From sequence record SRR33789315_113: a stretch of DNA of 40,394 nucleotides; one strand, 5' to 3'. This document shows positions 18,219-29,113 of this stretch, in pieces; the stretch's first letter is position 1; each line of letters starts with the position of its first letter. A program made the translations under genes and the position numbers. Under the pieces are notes generated by a model. The model was not told the DNA's origin. It searched no databases and saw nothing but the letters and a program-made list of their open reading frames with translations.

Positions 18219-20609
18219 ATGTCGCTAAGTGTAAAACTCTACAATGAAAGCGACGATCTTTTTGCTGATAATTTTTGGACATCGGAAAAGACTCAGACAA
18301 TAGTCGTTTGTCCTAGTCCCTCTGAAGCCGATAGAGTTCGTGCTCACTTAGCTAAACAAGATAATCTCACTTCAATTGACGTCATTACAATATCAAAATT
18401 TATTTCTAATCAGTTTAGTGTTTTAGAAGAACCTCCAAAGATATCTAGAAAATCAGAATTATTACTCTACCTTTCAATTTTTTGGAAAACAGTATTTCCT
18501 AAATACAATTACCAGAGATTTATTCAAGCCTTCACACTTTTAACTGAACTTAGAGGGACAACGCTTGAACTAGAAACGGTAGATGAAATCCTTGAACATT
18601 ATCACCCTGAGGTAAGAAGTGGAGTGAAACTTCTTTGGAGCTCAATGGATAATGCAAGTCTGTATGATGAGCACTCAAGCTACTCTCTGTTGGCCAGCGC
18701 ATATCGCTCAACACCTTCTCCGTTTGAGCATCTCAGTGAAGAGAAAATTATTTTTTACGGGTTTGGTCATCTCTCAGGAGTTCAAATAGATTTACTGAAA
18801 TCACTAGCGATTAGACAGGAAGTCATAATTCCTTATCGTAAATCATTATACCAAAAACGCTATCAGACGGATTGGATAAGTTGGATTTTAACTGATGAAC
18901 TAGAAAATATTACTGAAGATGAATTTGAGCAAGAGTTTAAAACCATACGTTTTCCGAAAAATAGAATGGCGGAAACATTAAATAAACTTAAAACAGACAA
19001 TGTTGATATTTTGTTAGGTACCTCGAGACCTGCTCTAAGAGACTACTTAGAAATACCTATCGACGGTCTATTTTTTAAAACACCACTTGATTTATTAGCT
19101 GATTTATTCACCAACTTCGAATCAAAAATCCGATTATTGTTCGGGGAAAATAAAGATCAAGTCATTGAAACACAAACACTGCTTGAGTCCATTGCTGAGT
19201 ATCAAAAAATATGTCTTAATGAGAATAACTTTCGTGGAATTAAAGCTCTAGAGTTATTAAAAGAAACTATTTCTATGTGGTTAGATTTAGCAAGTTCAAA
19301 TCATCAAATGTCGATATTTGATTGGGAAGTAATAAGAAACTGTACCCATTTAAATTCTCCAAGAATTTATCAAGCTCCTCACCTTGGGTTGAGTCCTAGA
19401 AAGGGAAAAATCTTTAGTTTCACGGATGCAGTAGATATTGAAAACAAACAAAAGGTTATAGTCTGTATTAATAGTTCTCATTCAGCCTTTAAATTAGCAG
19501 CATCAGAGTATTCTCAAGAAGTTGCTACATTATTATCAAGTTTAGGACCAAGAAGAAGAGCAGAGTTAGACTTTCTTAAAGCTAGGGAAGAGTTTAGAGA
19601 ACTGCTTAAAAGAACAGAAGTAACTCTACTTGTTGAAGAGGGATTAGTTGAACATGACCTAGGTTGGGCCGAGATGTTCAAGGGAGTTAACTTTGAAGTC
19701 GAACGTCAAGAAACTGATCAAATTCGTGAGAGAGTTGATCTCATAAGTAAATCACCAAAGAGGAAAGTAGAAATAAAACTACCGATCTCACCAAGTCGAC
19801 TTCAAAACTATATTGATTGCCCTAGAAAATATTATTACCAGTTTATTGAAAAAGTTAACGAGAAAGCGATAAAGCGTACAGTTATGGAGCCTAGATTTTT
19901 GGGTGAAATTGAGCACGCCGTTGTAGAGAGTTTTCTAAACAAACATAAGGTCTGGAATTCTGAAGTTCATCAATCAATATGTATCCACGAACTCCAGGTA
20001 ATGCTTTCAAAACATCAAATTACATTAGAGCGATCAGAATATTTAAGTGCATTACAAGAGATTAGAATATTTTCGAGAAACGGAATTCAGTTTCTTTTGG
20101 CTTTGAAGGAAATGCTACCTGATCCGACCTTTATTTTTGAAGATAAGTATATCGATGGAGAGTATGCTGGTCGAGTCGACCTTATTATCAAAACTTCTAT
20201 AGGTATTGGAGTGCTCGATTTTAAGCGCTCTGGTGCCAGTATTCCCGCCAAAGGTGAGCATGAAAGCTTCGAGAAAATTCAGCTATGGAATTACTTAAGA
20301 CATATAGATAAAGGAAATGCTGAATTTCTATTTTGGGGCTACTTGTGTTTGAGAGATCTATCAGAGAGTCTCATCTATTCTGCTTGGAATGAAGTATCAT
20401 CAATTCGATTTGAAGAAAAAGATATTAATCTTAAAATTCATGAAGTTGATGATGGAAAATTCAACCTCGAACAACTAGAGTTTTCAACTCTTGAGACAGA
20501 TGCATTTGAAAAGCTTAAGAATGAATCCACTTGGAATGCCAAGCCTTTGAATAAGAAAGTGTGTACATTTTGCGACATTTCCAATTTATGCACGCGGGGG
20601 CTATTTTAA
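18219..20609 (+). CDS. addB: AddB/RexB-like PD-(D/E)XK nuclease subunit
   Basis: SPSRLQNYIDCPRKYY, GRVDL..VLDFKRS..QLWNY and CTFCDISNLC Fe-S motif. TAATG-coupled to the helicase gene. Confidence 0.8.
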   Translation: MSLSVKLYNESDDLFADNFWTSEKTQTIVVCPSPSEADRVRAHLAKQDNLTSIDVITISKFISNQFSVLEEPPKISRKSELLLYLSIFWKTVFPKYNYQRFIQAFTLLTELRGTTLELETVDEILEHYHPEVRSGVKLLWSSMDNASLYDEHSSYSLLASAYRSTPSPFEHLSEEKIIFYGFGHLSGVQIDLLKSLAIRQEVIIPYRKSLYQKRYQTDWISWILTDELENITEDEFEQEFKTIRFPKNRMAETLNKLKTDNVDILLGTSRPALRDYLEIPIDGLFFKTPLDLLADLFTNFESKIRLLFGENKDQVIETQTLLESIAEYQKICLNENNFRGIKALELLKETISMWLDLASSNHQMSIFDWEVIRNCTHLNSPRIYQAPHLGLSPRKGKIFSFTDAVDIENKQKVIVCINSSHSAFKLAASEYSQEVATLLSSLGPRRRAELDFLKAREEFRELLKRTEVTLLVEEGLVEHDLGWAEMFKGVNFEVERQETDQIRERVDLISKSPKRKVEIKLPISPSRLQNYIDCPRKYYYQFIEKVNEKAIKRTVMEPRFLGEIEHAVVESFLNKHKVWNSEVHQSICIHELQVMLSKHQITLERSEYLSALQEIRIFSRNGIQFLLALKEMLPDPTFIFEDKYIDGEYAGRVDLIIKTSIGIGVLDFKRSGASIPAKGEHESFEKIQLWNYLRHIDKGNAEFLFWGYLCLRDLSESLIYSAWNEVSSIRFEEKDINLKIHEVDDGKFNLEQLEFSTLETDAFEKLKNESTWNAKPLNKKVCTFCDISNLCTRGLF

Positions 20610-23600
20610 TGAACTCTCAATTTGAAACTAGTGCAAATGAAGAACAGCAAAAGGCAATTTTCCATGAAGGTGGAGTCCTTTTGAGCGCTGGTGCAGGCTC
20701 TGGCAAAACATTCGTCCTTGTTGAGCATATTGCCTATTTGATTTTCAACTTCAGAAAAAACAATACTGACTTAGATCAAGAAAATTTTGAAAAAGAATTA
20801 AAGATCTATTTGTCACAAATAGTATTAATGACTTTCACCAAGAAAGCTGCAGGTGAACTTGCCATTAGACTTAAAAATAAAATGTTGTCTTTATCTGATA
20901 ACGCAACTGATGCTTCCATGAAGTGGCTGTGGGAAACAGCGGTACCTTGTCTGGATTCAATGACGGTAGGAACAATAGACGGCTTTTGTTATAAGTTAAT
21001 ATCACAAGGCTTCTTTCCTGGATTGCCTCAAGATATCTCAATCATTTCTGAACTTGAGTCTCAAGTAAAAGTGAAAACTATATTTGACGAGTGGATGATA
21101 GAGACGTTTGGAACAAATCTTGATGCAGTAAATGAAGTCGATTCATTTTTCATAAATCATAAAAAAGAATTTATCCAATCTTTTGTCAAAATCTTTTCTA
21201 CTCCAGAACTTCGAGTCCTTTGGAAAACAATGTCAGTTGAAACGATGTTAGACTTTGACTGGGATGACTTTGTTAAAATTATTTTTGGCGAAGATCAACC
21301 GATTAAATTGAGTCAAAACATACCAGGTGCTCCAGTCAAAGCAAAAGGCGCATGGGTTGAGAAGCTTAATTCTATGTCGGCTTATTTTGGAAGCATCAAC
21401 TCATGGGACATGAAATCATTCATTGAAATTGATAAATTCTTTAAGGCTAATAAAGGTATAACAACCGGTCCAAGAACTGATGATGAAATTAAGCAATATT
21501 TTTCATTAGCAAAGAACGTTAAGGATATTTTAGATAAAATTGGGCCTGAACTTGAAGCCTTTGATGGAGAGGGACGTGAAATTCTTAAACCCCAGATTAA
21601 AAGAATGCTTGAGATCTTTGAATGGATCGAAAATAGATATTCACAACTTTCTGGTTTTACATTTTCTGACCTTGAGTACTACGTCGCACAGGGATTAATG
21701 AACAATGAAGCTCAAGAAAATATAACAAAGAGATATAGATATCTAATTGTGGATGAGTTTCAAGATACCTCTCGTATCCAGTATGAAATTATTGAAAAAA
21801 TTATCTCCAAAGATTTTACTAGACTTTTTTGCGTTGGAGATGAAAAGCAAGCTATCTATGGATTTAGAGGTGGAGAGCTAAAGGTATTTCAAGATTGTAA
21901 AAATTCAATGCCATTAAAATTAAGTCTTTCGAACAATTATCGCTCTCTTGGGCATGTGATTGATTTTAATAACGCTTTATTTAAAGACTTATTTAGTCTT
22001 GGTGAAGAGTATGAAGGTCATGATCCATTTCCTGTTGATTTCGAGTCGCAAAATTGTCCTATCGTTGAAAAAAACAGGAAGGGGCTGATTCAAAAGATTA
22101 CAGCTGAAATTCAAGTAGAAGAAAAACAAAAAGTAGGTGAGTCAACTTTTGTTGAACAAGAAACCACTGAAATTTTAAACTTAATCAATGTTTCAATCCA
22201 AAATAATGAAGAAGAGGAAATCTGTGTTCTGTACAAAGGACTAAAGCCTTCAGTTGGATTAATGACAGGTATTATTTCAAAGGGCTTTGGTCTTCGTGCA
22301 CAAGTTAAGATTCCCTATCCCGAAGATCCAATGGTTGCCCTATTTGCGGCCTTAGTAGAGGGGTGCCTTCTTGCAAAACAAACAGGCATAAAGATTGTTG
22401 AAACTCCTACCAAGTTCTTTGTTAATCATCTCGTTCAATATTTGCATGGTAAAGTTGATGTTCATGATGATCATCTAATTCATTTTTTTGAAAATTCACA
22501 AACACTCGGTTTAATACCATCATTTGGTACTTTGTTATATGAACTTGGTTTAGCCAATTCTAATCACCCTGGAAATATGGCCGAAATAGAACGAATTTGC
22601 AGTCTTGGTTACAATGACTACGAAAAAATTCTAATTTATCTTAATGATCTTAAAAGTAAAAAATATTCTATTGAATTCCAATCAAGCGGGACCGGTAGTG
22701 TCGTCATCATGACGGCCCACGCCTCCAAAGGACTTCAATTCCCTCATGTGATATTAGGTGGAATCCACAATAATGGTCGAAGAATAAGTGATTCTGACCT
22801 CGTCGGTAAGCTCCCTGGAAGTCTTCGGTGGCGTTCAACTGTAGATCAGAAAAAGAAGTTTAGATCGCCGCAAATGTTAATCGAAGAAAAAATCAATGTA
22901 CTAAAAGATTTCTCGGAATCTAAACGTTTGTTCTATGTTGCTTGTACGAGAGCAGAGTCTAAGATCAGTTGGATTGATATAAAAGATAGTAATGGAAAGG
23001 ACTGCTCCTACAGTAAAAATAGCTGGATTCATGGACTTAGGACGTTTGAAAATAATACTAATAATATTAGCCAAAATATTGAGCTCTTTGAGCATCTTAA
23101 AGCTAATTTAAAGGCATATCCTGTTCAGTCATCATTGGATAATTCAATTTTTACTGAAACTTCTTTGCCTACATTCCACTTAGACCCCCTTGGAATCACA
23201 ACATATCCACACCAGCTGGACCAGACGCTAGTTACTTTTCCAGAATTATCAGTAACGAAACTTGCAACAATTTCTCAATGCACGAGAAAATTTTATTTAA
23301 AACATATTTGTAAAATTGAAGAGGATCTTGATTTAGACTACAAGCAATTCATTGAACAAGTTGAAGAGAATACTGATGAACTTAATGTGACTCCGCTCAG
23401 CTCATCTGCTGAACGAGGAACACTTGTTCATGAATCAATTGCTTATGGCTTGGATCATAAAGGGTTAGTGTCACTAAACTTACAAAAGCAGTTAGATAAA
23501 CGATCGGCTGAATCTGTTCACTGGGCCATCAATAAAATTCAAGAAGAGTATGGTGATTTTGAATGGATTTCTGAGAAACTCATAAAATTTGATTTCTTTG

Positions 23601-23977
23601 GTCAAATGATAAGTGGAACACCAGATCTTGTTTTAATTCCTAAAAATGATCCAGATGAATTTGTGATTGTTGATTTTAAAACTGGTCGCTCTAATCCGAC
23701 AAAAGAAGTCCCTTACTGGTTTCAATTAAAAGCCTATGCTCACGCAATCAATATTACTCAGTCCCAATCAGCCTTTAGCAAGGTTCGTTTAGAACTTTGG
23801 TTTGTGGATGATAAAGAAGTTAAATCAGAGAGTTTTACTTTAAATGAGATTAATCAATTTTTAGATCAATCTTGGTCAAAACTATCTAGTCCTTCATCAA
23901 TGAATAGTGAACACTGCAGCATGTGTTCATTTGGAAAAATCTGCCACCCAAAAGACGGTACTGTTGCACCAATTTAG
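20609..23977 (+). CDS. addA: AddA/RecB-like UvrD helicase-nuclease
   Basis: Walker A AGAGSGKT, TFTKKAA, VDEFQDTS, VGDEKQAIYGFRG, NYRS, HASKGLQF, YVACTRA, and C-terminal GTPDL..DFKTG nuclease. Start moved to ATG 20609. Confidence 0.9.
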   Translation: MNSQFETSANEEQQKAIFHEGGVLLSAGAGSGKTFVLVEHIAYLIFNFRKNNTDLDQENFEKELKIYLSQIVLMTFTKKAAGELAIRLKNKMLSLSDNATDASMKWLWETAVPCLDSMTVGTIDGFCYKLISQGFFPGLPQDISIISELESQVKVKTIFDEWMIETFGTNLDAVNEVDSFFINHKKEFIQSFVKIFSTPELRVLWKTMSVETMLDFDWDDFVKIIFGEDQPIKLSQNIPGAPVKAKGAWVEKLNSMSAYFGSINSWDMKSFIEIDKFFKANKGITTGPRTDDEIKQYFSLAKNVKDILDKIGPELEAFDGEGREILKPQIKRMLEIFEWIENRYSQLSGFTFSDLEYYVAQGLMNNEAQENITKRYRYLIVDEFQDTSRIQYEIIEKIISKDFTRLFCVGDEKQAIYGFRGGELKVFQDCKNSMPLKLSLSNNYRSLGHVIDFNNALFKDLFSLGEEYEGHDPFPVDFESQNCPIVEKNRKGLIQKITAEIQVEEKQKVGESTFVEQETTEILNLINVSIQNNEEEEICVLYKGLKPSVGLMTGIISKGFGLRAQVKIPYPEDPMVALFAALVEGCLLAKQTGIKIVETPTKFFVNHLVQYLHGKVDVHDDHLIHFFENSQTLGLIPSFGTLLYELGLANSNHPGNMAEIERICSLGYNDYEKILIYLNDLKSKKYSIEFQSSGTGSVVIMTAHASKGLQFPHVILGGIHNNGRRISDSDLVGKLPGSLRWRSTVDQKKKFRSPQMLIEEKINVLKDFSESKRLFYVACTRAESKISWIDIKDSNGKDCSYSKNSWIHGLRTFENNTNNISQNIELFEHLKANLKAYPVQSSLDNSIFTETSLPTFHLDPLGITTYPHQLDQTLVTFPELSVTKLATISQCTRKFYLKHICKIEEDLDLDYKQFIEQVEENTDELNVTPLSSSAERGTLVHESIAYGLDHKGLVSLNLQKQLDKRSAESVHWAINKIQEEYGDFEWISEKLIKFDFFGQMISGTPDLVLIPKNDPDEFVIVDFKTGRSNPTKEVPYWFQLKAYAHAINITQSQSAFSKVRLELWFVDDKEVKSESFTLNEINQFLDQSWSKLSSPSSMNSEHCSMCSFGKICHPKDGTVAPI

Positions 23978-24071
23978 TCGCGTGTTAAAATTAAGTGTGT
24001 GATATATAAGGTTTTGTTGCGGGCATGACGCCCGTGGACGTTCCTTCCATCGACTAAGCAGGATGCGTGTC

Positions 24072-24794
24072 ATGGCCAAATTTATTTTAAATTTTGAACT
24101 CTTAATTTTTATGACTCTTTTCGCTTTTGTACCTACGGTATTAAAAGCTTCTGAAGGAGATACATATAATTTCTCATGGCTTGATCCAGATAAAGAAGTT
24201 TATGTTCTTCAAAACAGAAAGTTTAGAAAAAGCGAAAAAATCTATGCCAACATAGGTGCTGGTTTAACGACAAGTGGCGCTTTTGTAAGTTCAAATAATA
24301 TTCAAGCTCGATTGGGATACTTTTTTAAAGAAGAGTATGGAGTTGAGTTTTTATACTCTGCTAATTCTGGAACCGAGAATGAGACTGCTAAATCTGTAAG
24401 AAACGAAGGTAGCAGTGGTTCTGTTCCATTTAGAAGAATAGTTGATAACTATTATGGTGCCATGTTTATGTGGTCTCCATTTTATTCAAAGATTAATACT
24501 TTTAACTCCGTCATCTATGTCGATTGGCTTTTTGGTTTGGGGTACGCAAGTTTAACTGAAACCAATAATAGAGATGAATTCATTAATGGTGCTACAAGTG
24601 CAGTACCCACTCAAGAAACGCACGGTGGACTTATGTGGCAAGCTGCCATGAAGTTTTATATCAACGAAAGTTTTGATATTCGATTAAATCTTGCAACAGT
24701 CCATTATAAAGCACAAAAAGCAGCTGTTAACTCAACAGAAGAGGCTTGGAATACAAACTATGATCTAGCAGTTTCTCTTGGTTATAGTTTTTAG
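24072..24794 (+). CDS. Outer-membrane beta-barrel protein (GltA/GltB/GltH-like)
   Basis: Signal peptide, VYVLQNRKFRK, WSPFYSKIN and terminal aromatic GYSF. First gene of the glt cluster. Alternative start at 24063. Confidence 0.8.
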   Translation: MAKFILNFELLIFMTLFAFVPTVLKASEGDTYNFSWLDPDKEVYVLQNRKFRKSEKIYANIGAGLTTSGAFVSSNNIQARLGYFFKEEYGVEFLYSANSGTENETAKSVRNEGSSGSVPFRRIVDNYYGAMFMWSPFYSKINTFNSVIYVDWLFGLGYASLTETNNRDEFINGATSAVPTQETHGGLMWQAAMKFYINESFDIRLNLATVHYKAQKAAVNSTEEAWNTNYDLAVSLGYSF

Positions 24795-24803
24795 GAGTTG
24801 GCA

Positions 24804-26231
24804 ATGAGTTTTAAGACGGCCTGCCTATTTTTGATTGCCTCGTTTGCTTTTGAAGCAAAAGGAGACATGCAATCAGCATGGGACACCCTAGTTAAGGCAA
24901 GGGGAAATACAAAGTCTTATCCTTATATTGTCCAAGAAATGGTCAATACTGGCTTATATTTCGCATCTATTCCTTATATTAAAGAATACCTCGCTACACA
25001 AAATTCAATTCAAGATAATAAAATTGATGATGTTATCGATGAAGTAGTAACGAGAGTAGGTGTACGACAGTTTGAAATCATGCCTTCAAATTTTTTAAAG
25101 AAGTCGAATGCTCCAACTCTTAGATATATTGTTGCGAAGAAAGCTTTTAGAAAAGGACAATATAAAGATGTTCTAAGTTCTTTGAGTACTAAAATTAATG
25201 ATACACATCCAGTTAAGCCATATGCTCTGCACCTTGAAGCAGCAAGCTATGCTTTAATAGGTCAAAACTCAAAAGCGGTTGAAAGCTATAAAGAATGTGT
25301 GAGTATTTCCAATTCACAAGCTGGCAGAACTAAAGAAGTTAATCGCTTGAGACAACTAGAAATTAATAAAGATAATTGTATTGTAGGTGTCGCCAGAGCT
25401 TTATTTGCAGATAAAAAATTCGAAGCAGCGAACTTAGCCTATTTAGATTTAGATAAAAGGTCTCACGTATGGCCAGAGATCCTTTTTGAAGAAGCGTGGA
25501 ACAGCTTTTATATGGGCGATTACAACAGAACTTTAGGTAAGCTTGTTACTTATAGAGCACCGATATTAAGTTTTGCCTTTAATCCTGAAAATGAAATTCT
25601 AAAGACATTAACCTATATGGAACTTTGCCTTTGGAATGACGCTAACACTACAGTTGAAGAATTTTATTCAACTTATGAAGCAGACACAGCGTCAATTGTA
25701 AGACAGTTAAGAAGTTATCGTAACGATTACAAAAAATTCTATATGTTAGCGAAAGCTTCACTTGAGAATAAATCAAGTGGAAATAAACTTTTGGATAAAA
25801 TCCTTTCGGGTTTATCAAGAGATCCAGCTTACCGTGAGCTTTATGATTCTTTCCAAGATGGAAGAACGGAGCTAGAAGCTGTAAATCGCCTGAGCAATCA
25901 AAGACAAAAAGTTATACTAATCGACAACTTGAAAGATTCAATGTCTGCTCAACGAAACCTCATTGGTGCCTATGTACGCACAAATTTGTTTAATAAGTTA
26001 AGAGCGATTAAAAAAGCGTTTGAAGGAATGAGTTATGTTCGACTTGAAATTCTTTCACGTAAAAAAGATGAACTCTACAGTACAAATACTGACAGCACGC
26101 AAAGAGCCAGAGGTGATATTTCCTATCTTAAACGAAATGATAAGCAATACTTCTGGACCTTTAACGGTGAGTTCTGGGCCGATGAATTAGGTGATTACGT
26201 CTTTGCCTTAAGGTCGGAGTGTCGTCAATGA
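24804..26231 (+). CDS. gltC: GltC-like TPR gliding-motility protein
   Basis: WPEILFEEAW..YNRTLGKL and C-terminal FWTFNGEFWADELGDY typical of GltC. ATG 24804 behind AGGAG. Confidence 0.75.
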   Translation: MSFKTACLFLIASFAFEAKGDMQSAWDTLVKARGNTKSYPYIVQEMVNTGLYFASIPYIKEYLATQNSIQDNKIDDVIDEVVTRVGVRQFEIMPSNFLKKSNAPTLRYIVAKKAFRKGQYKDVLSSLSTKINDTHPVKPYALHLEAASYALIGQNSKAVESYKECVSISNSQAGRTKEVNRLRQLEINKDNCIVGVARALFADKKFEAANLAYLDLDKRSHVWPEILFEEAWNSFYMGDYNRTLGKLVTYRAPILSFAFNPENEILKTLTYMELCLWNDANTTVEEFYSTYEADTASIVRQLRSYRNDYKKFYMLAKASLENKSSGNKLLDKILSGLSRDPAYRELYDSFQDGRTELEAVNRLSNQRQKVILIDNLKDSMSAQRNLIGAYVRTNLFNKLRAIKKAFEGMSYVRLEILSRKKDELYSTNTDSTQRARGDISYLKRNDKQYFWTFNGEFWADELGDYVFALRSECRQ

Positions 26232-29113
26232 ATGTTATGAAACTAATCTTAAAAACACTGATTTTTTGCCAGCTTCTAAGTGCTGGCATTGTCTATTCTC
26301 AAGACACTGAGACTAGGCGTAATGAGTTGGTCAAGATTATTGATTTGGAATTAAAAGAAATAACACGTCTTAACAGAACAACAAATAATACAAAGCCGGA
26401 ACTTCTACTAAGAATGGCTGAGCTACTGCTTGAAAAAGCCCGTTTACTAAAAGATAGAGAAACTAAAGTTATTATAAATATGAGTGCGGAGCAACGTCGA
26501 CGTACAAATATGAAAAAGGCTTTCTCAGAAAGTAATAAATATTTCATTCAAGCTCAGCGTGCATGTCAGCTGATAGCTAAAAAGTTCCCAAGGTACTCAG
26601 GCCTTGGTGATGTTTATTATATTATGGCATTTAACTACAAAGAATTTGGTGATGAAAAGAAGGCAGAGAGGTATTTCGCTGTTTCCCTAAAGAAAACCAA
26701 ATCTGGAACTCCAGCATATAGAAGATCACAACTGGCCTTAGCTGAAACTTATTACAATCAGCAAAAATACTCCAAAGCCGTGCCTCTTTATGAGTCTGCT
26801 TTAAGACAAAAAGACACTCGTTGGTGGACCAAGGATGCCTTTAACTTGGCATGGAGTTACTTTAGACAAAAAAATTATGACAAAGCTATTGGCTTGATAC
26901 GTGAGGTCGGTAGACTTTCCTCTTCAAAAGATTACGTAGATATGTCTAATGAAGTCGAGAGAGATTTAGCATTTTTTTATACCGAAGCAGGCAGAACAAA
27001 AGAAGCTGTTGGTTTCTATAAAAGCAAAGGCGGAGATGTAGCAGCAAATCTTCTTAAGGTTGGGATGCAGCTTAAAAACCAAGGTAAGTTTACTATCGCT
27101 CAGGCTACACTTGAAGAAGCGCTTGATAATGCCAAGGACGACTCACAGAAAATACAAATTCATGTTGAGCTCTTAAGCGTTTATGAGAAATTTGGAAATA
27201 TTAATAAACATCTTAATTCATGTCAGGTTCTAAATAATTACGCAAAAGAGAAAAAACTTTCAAAAGAAGATAATGATAAACTTGTCTATCACGTAAAAAG
27301 AATGGCGGCCGTCTTACAAAAACAAGTCGCCTCTGGAAATTATGCTAGACAAAAAAGTACTCAAGATGAAAAGGCTAAAGCAGCAGTTGCTTACTTTTCT
27401 TTAAGTGCAGATATCGAACCAAATAAAGCGGCTCGCCATCAATTCCATGCAGCTGAAACAATGTATGCCAATAATGATTTTGATCTTGCTGCACAAGCCT
27501 ATGTCCAAGCTCTTAACTTAGCCCGTAAAGCAGGGGATACAAAATACGAAGATATGTCGATGGATGGACTAGTTTCGACCTTGGGGCAAAATGGAGTCTC
27601 ACCCCAAACAAAAGAAAAATATTTAGAGTTTGCTTATGTGGCTTCCATTAAACAGGAAAAAAGCCCAAAGAAAAGATATACACTCTATCAACGTCTCTTC
27701 ACTTTGTATTCAGACAAGAAAGAATACTCAAAAGCTGAACAAGCACTTTTAGCATTTCGAAGAGAATTTCCGAAATCAATTGGTGTTCAAGAAGCGATGC
27801 TAGGAAAAGTGATAGATTACTATCGTTCAATCAACGATAAAAACTCAGTGTTCCAATGGGTAGGACGAATTAATAGTGGTGAATTTGTTGTTAGTAAAGC
27901 TTACGCAGATAAACTAAAGCTAATCGTTCTAACGTTACAATTTGATTCTGTTGAAAAATACTCATCTAAGGGTGATAAGAAAAAAGCACTTCAAGGTTAT
28001 GTAGAGATTTATAGAAATAAATTAAGTCCTGTTGATTCAAGAAAAAATGCTGCCTACAATATTATGATCTTGTTCCATGAACTAGGTCACACGCAGATGA
28101 CTAAGGCTTGGGCACAGAATACATTAGAACTATTTGATAGTTCTGATATGGAAAAATACAGTCAAACCTTTTTACTAGTGGCTAATGACTTTCTAAATGG
28201 CCAAGAGTTTGATGCTGCTCAACTTGTTTATACAAGTGCATTTGAAAAACTTTGTAGTGGTCGTTCAAAAAGTGAGAAAACATTTTTTAGAAATGCTCAT
28301 ATTGTAGCTCTTGCTAAGGGTGATATTCCGGCAGCTAGGTCTATTATTAATACGGGTTATAAATGTAAAATTCCAGCAAGTGATCTTGAAACAGCACAAA
28401 TGGATCTTATTAGAAATTTTGCTGATGAAAACCAGCTTAATGACATGATGGCTGAGGTTAGCAAAGTCGAAAAAGTGGCAAAACTTCAAGGTGATCTCAT
28501 CCCGTATTTGGAGATCTATCGCCAAGCACTTACTTCTGCTGGTAGAGATTCAAGATCAATCGATAAAAAAATTCTTGGTTTTTATTATGCTGCTAAAAAA
28601 CGTGGCTATTCGATTCCTGTTGGTGCCCTAGATTCTGTCGCCTCCATTAAGTCAGGAGATCTCGAAATTCTTCAAAAACGCCTTGAGTCTATTGAGCTTA
28701 AGTTTCCTGAAAATAGTTTCAATAAAGGTCTTCAAACTAAACTTGGAATGTTAGATCAGATTACTGAAAGATCTAAGGCTGTTATGACTGTTGGTTCTGG
28801 TTTGGGAATTGCGAAAGCTTATAGGATATTGGTTGATTCCTACACACATGTAGCCAAGTCTGTTGAAGATTTTTCTCCTGTAGGGAAAAGTCCTGAATAT
28901 ATACAGTCATTCAAGGCAAGTATGTCTCAAGTCGTTGTTCCGCTTAAGTCAAAAGCGACTGAACTTAGAGATGAAGCAATTTCCAAGTCAAAAGGCGAAG
29001 ATATACTTTCACCCGACTTTAATTATTTACAAACCATGGATCGAATATCTTTTGGAGTTGAATACCATCCAAGTCGTCAAGGCGTTGTCATGGATAGAGG
29101 AGGGGTTCAATGA
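26228..29113 (+). CDS. gltD: Large periplasmic TPR protein, GltD/AgmU-like
   Basis: Signal peptide and many TPR repeats. Lies between gltC and gltE with ATGA overlaps on both sides. Confidence 0.65.
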   Translation: MNVMKLILKTLIFCQLLSAGIVYSQDTETRRNELVKIIDLELKEITRLNRTTNNTKPELLLRMAELLLEKARLLKDRETKVIINMSAEQRRRTNMKKAFSESNKYFIQAQRACQLIAKKFPRYSGLGDVYYIMAFNYKEFGDEKKAERYFAVSLKKTKSGTPAYRRSQLALAETYYNQQKYSKAVPLYESALRQKDTRWWTKDAFNLAWSYFRQKNYDKAIGLIREVGRLSSSKDYVDMSNEVERDLAFFYTEAGRTKEAVGFYKSKGGDVAANLLKVGMQLKNQGKFTIAQATLEEALDNAKDDSQKIQIHVELLSVYEKFGNINKHLNSCQVLNNYAKEKKLSKEDNDKLVYHVKRMAAVLQKQVASGNYARQKSTQDEKAKAAVAYFSLSADIEPNKAARHQFHAAETMYANNDFDLAAQAYVQALNLARKAGDTKYEDMSMDGLVSTLGQNGVSPQTKEKYLEFAYVASIKQEKSPKKRYTLYQRLFTLYSDKKEYSKAEQALLAFRREFPKSIGVQEAMLGKVIDYYRSINDKNSVFQWVGRINSGEFVVSKAYADKLKLIVLTLQFDSVEKYSSKGDKKKALQGYVEIYRNKLSPVDSRKNAAYNIMILFHELGHTQMTKAWAQNTLELFDSSDMEKYSQTFLLVANDFLNGQEFDAAQLVYTSAFEKLCSGRSKSEKTFFRNAHIVALAKGDIPAARSIINTGYKCKIPASDLETAQMDLIRNFADENQLNDMMAEVSKVEKVAKLQGDLIPYLEIYRQALTSAGRDSRSIDKKILGFYYAAKKRGYSIPVGALDSVASIKSGDLEILQKRLESIELKFPENSFNKGLQTKLGMLDQITERSKAVMTVGSGLGIAKAYRILVDSYTHVAKSVEDFSPVGKSPEYIQSFKASMSQVVVPLKSKATELRDEAISKSKGEDILSPDFNYLQTMDRISFGVEYHPSRQGVVMDRGGVQ

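Noticed and set aside
18219-20609. Cas4-like nuclease suggesting a CRISPR or defence system
   Set aside because: The Fe-S PD-(D/E)XK domain is the C-terminus of an AddB-like protein coupled to AddA; no repeat array or cas genes are present.
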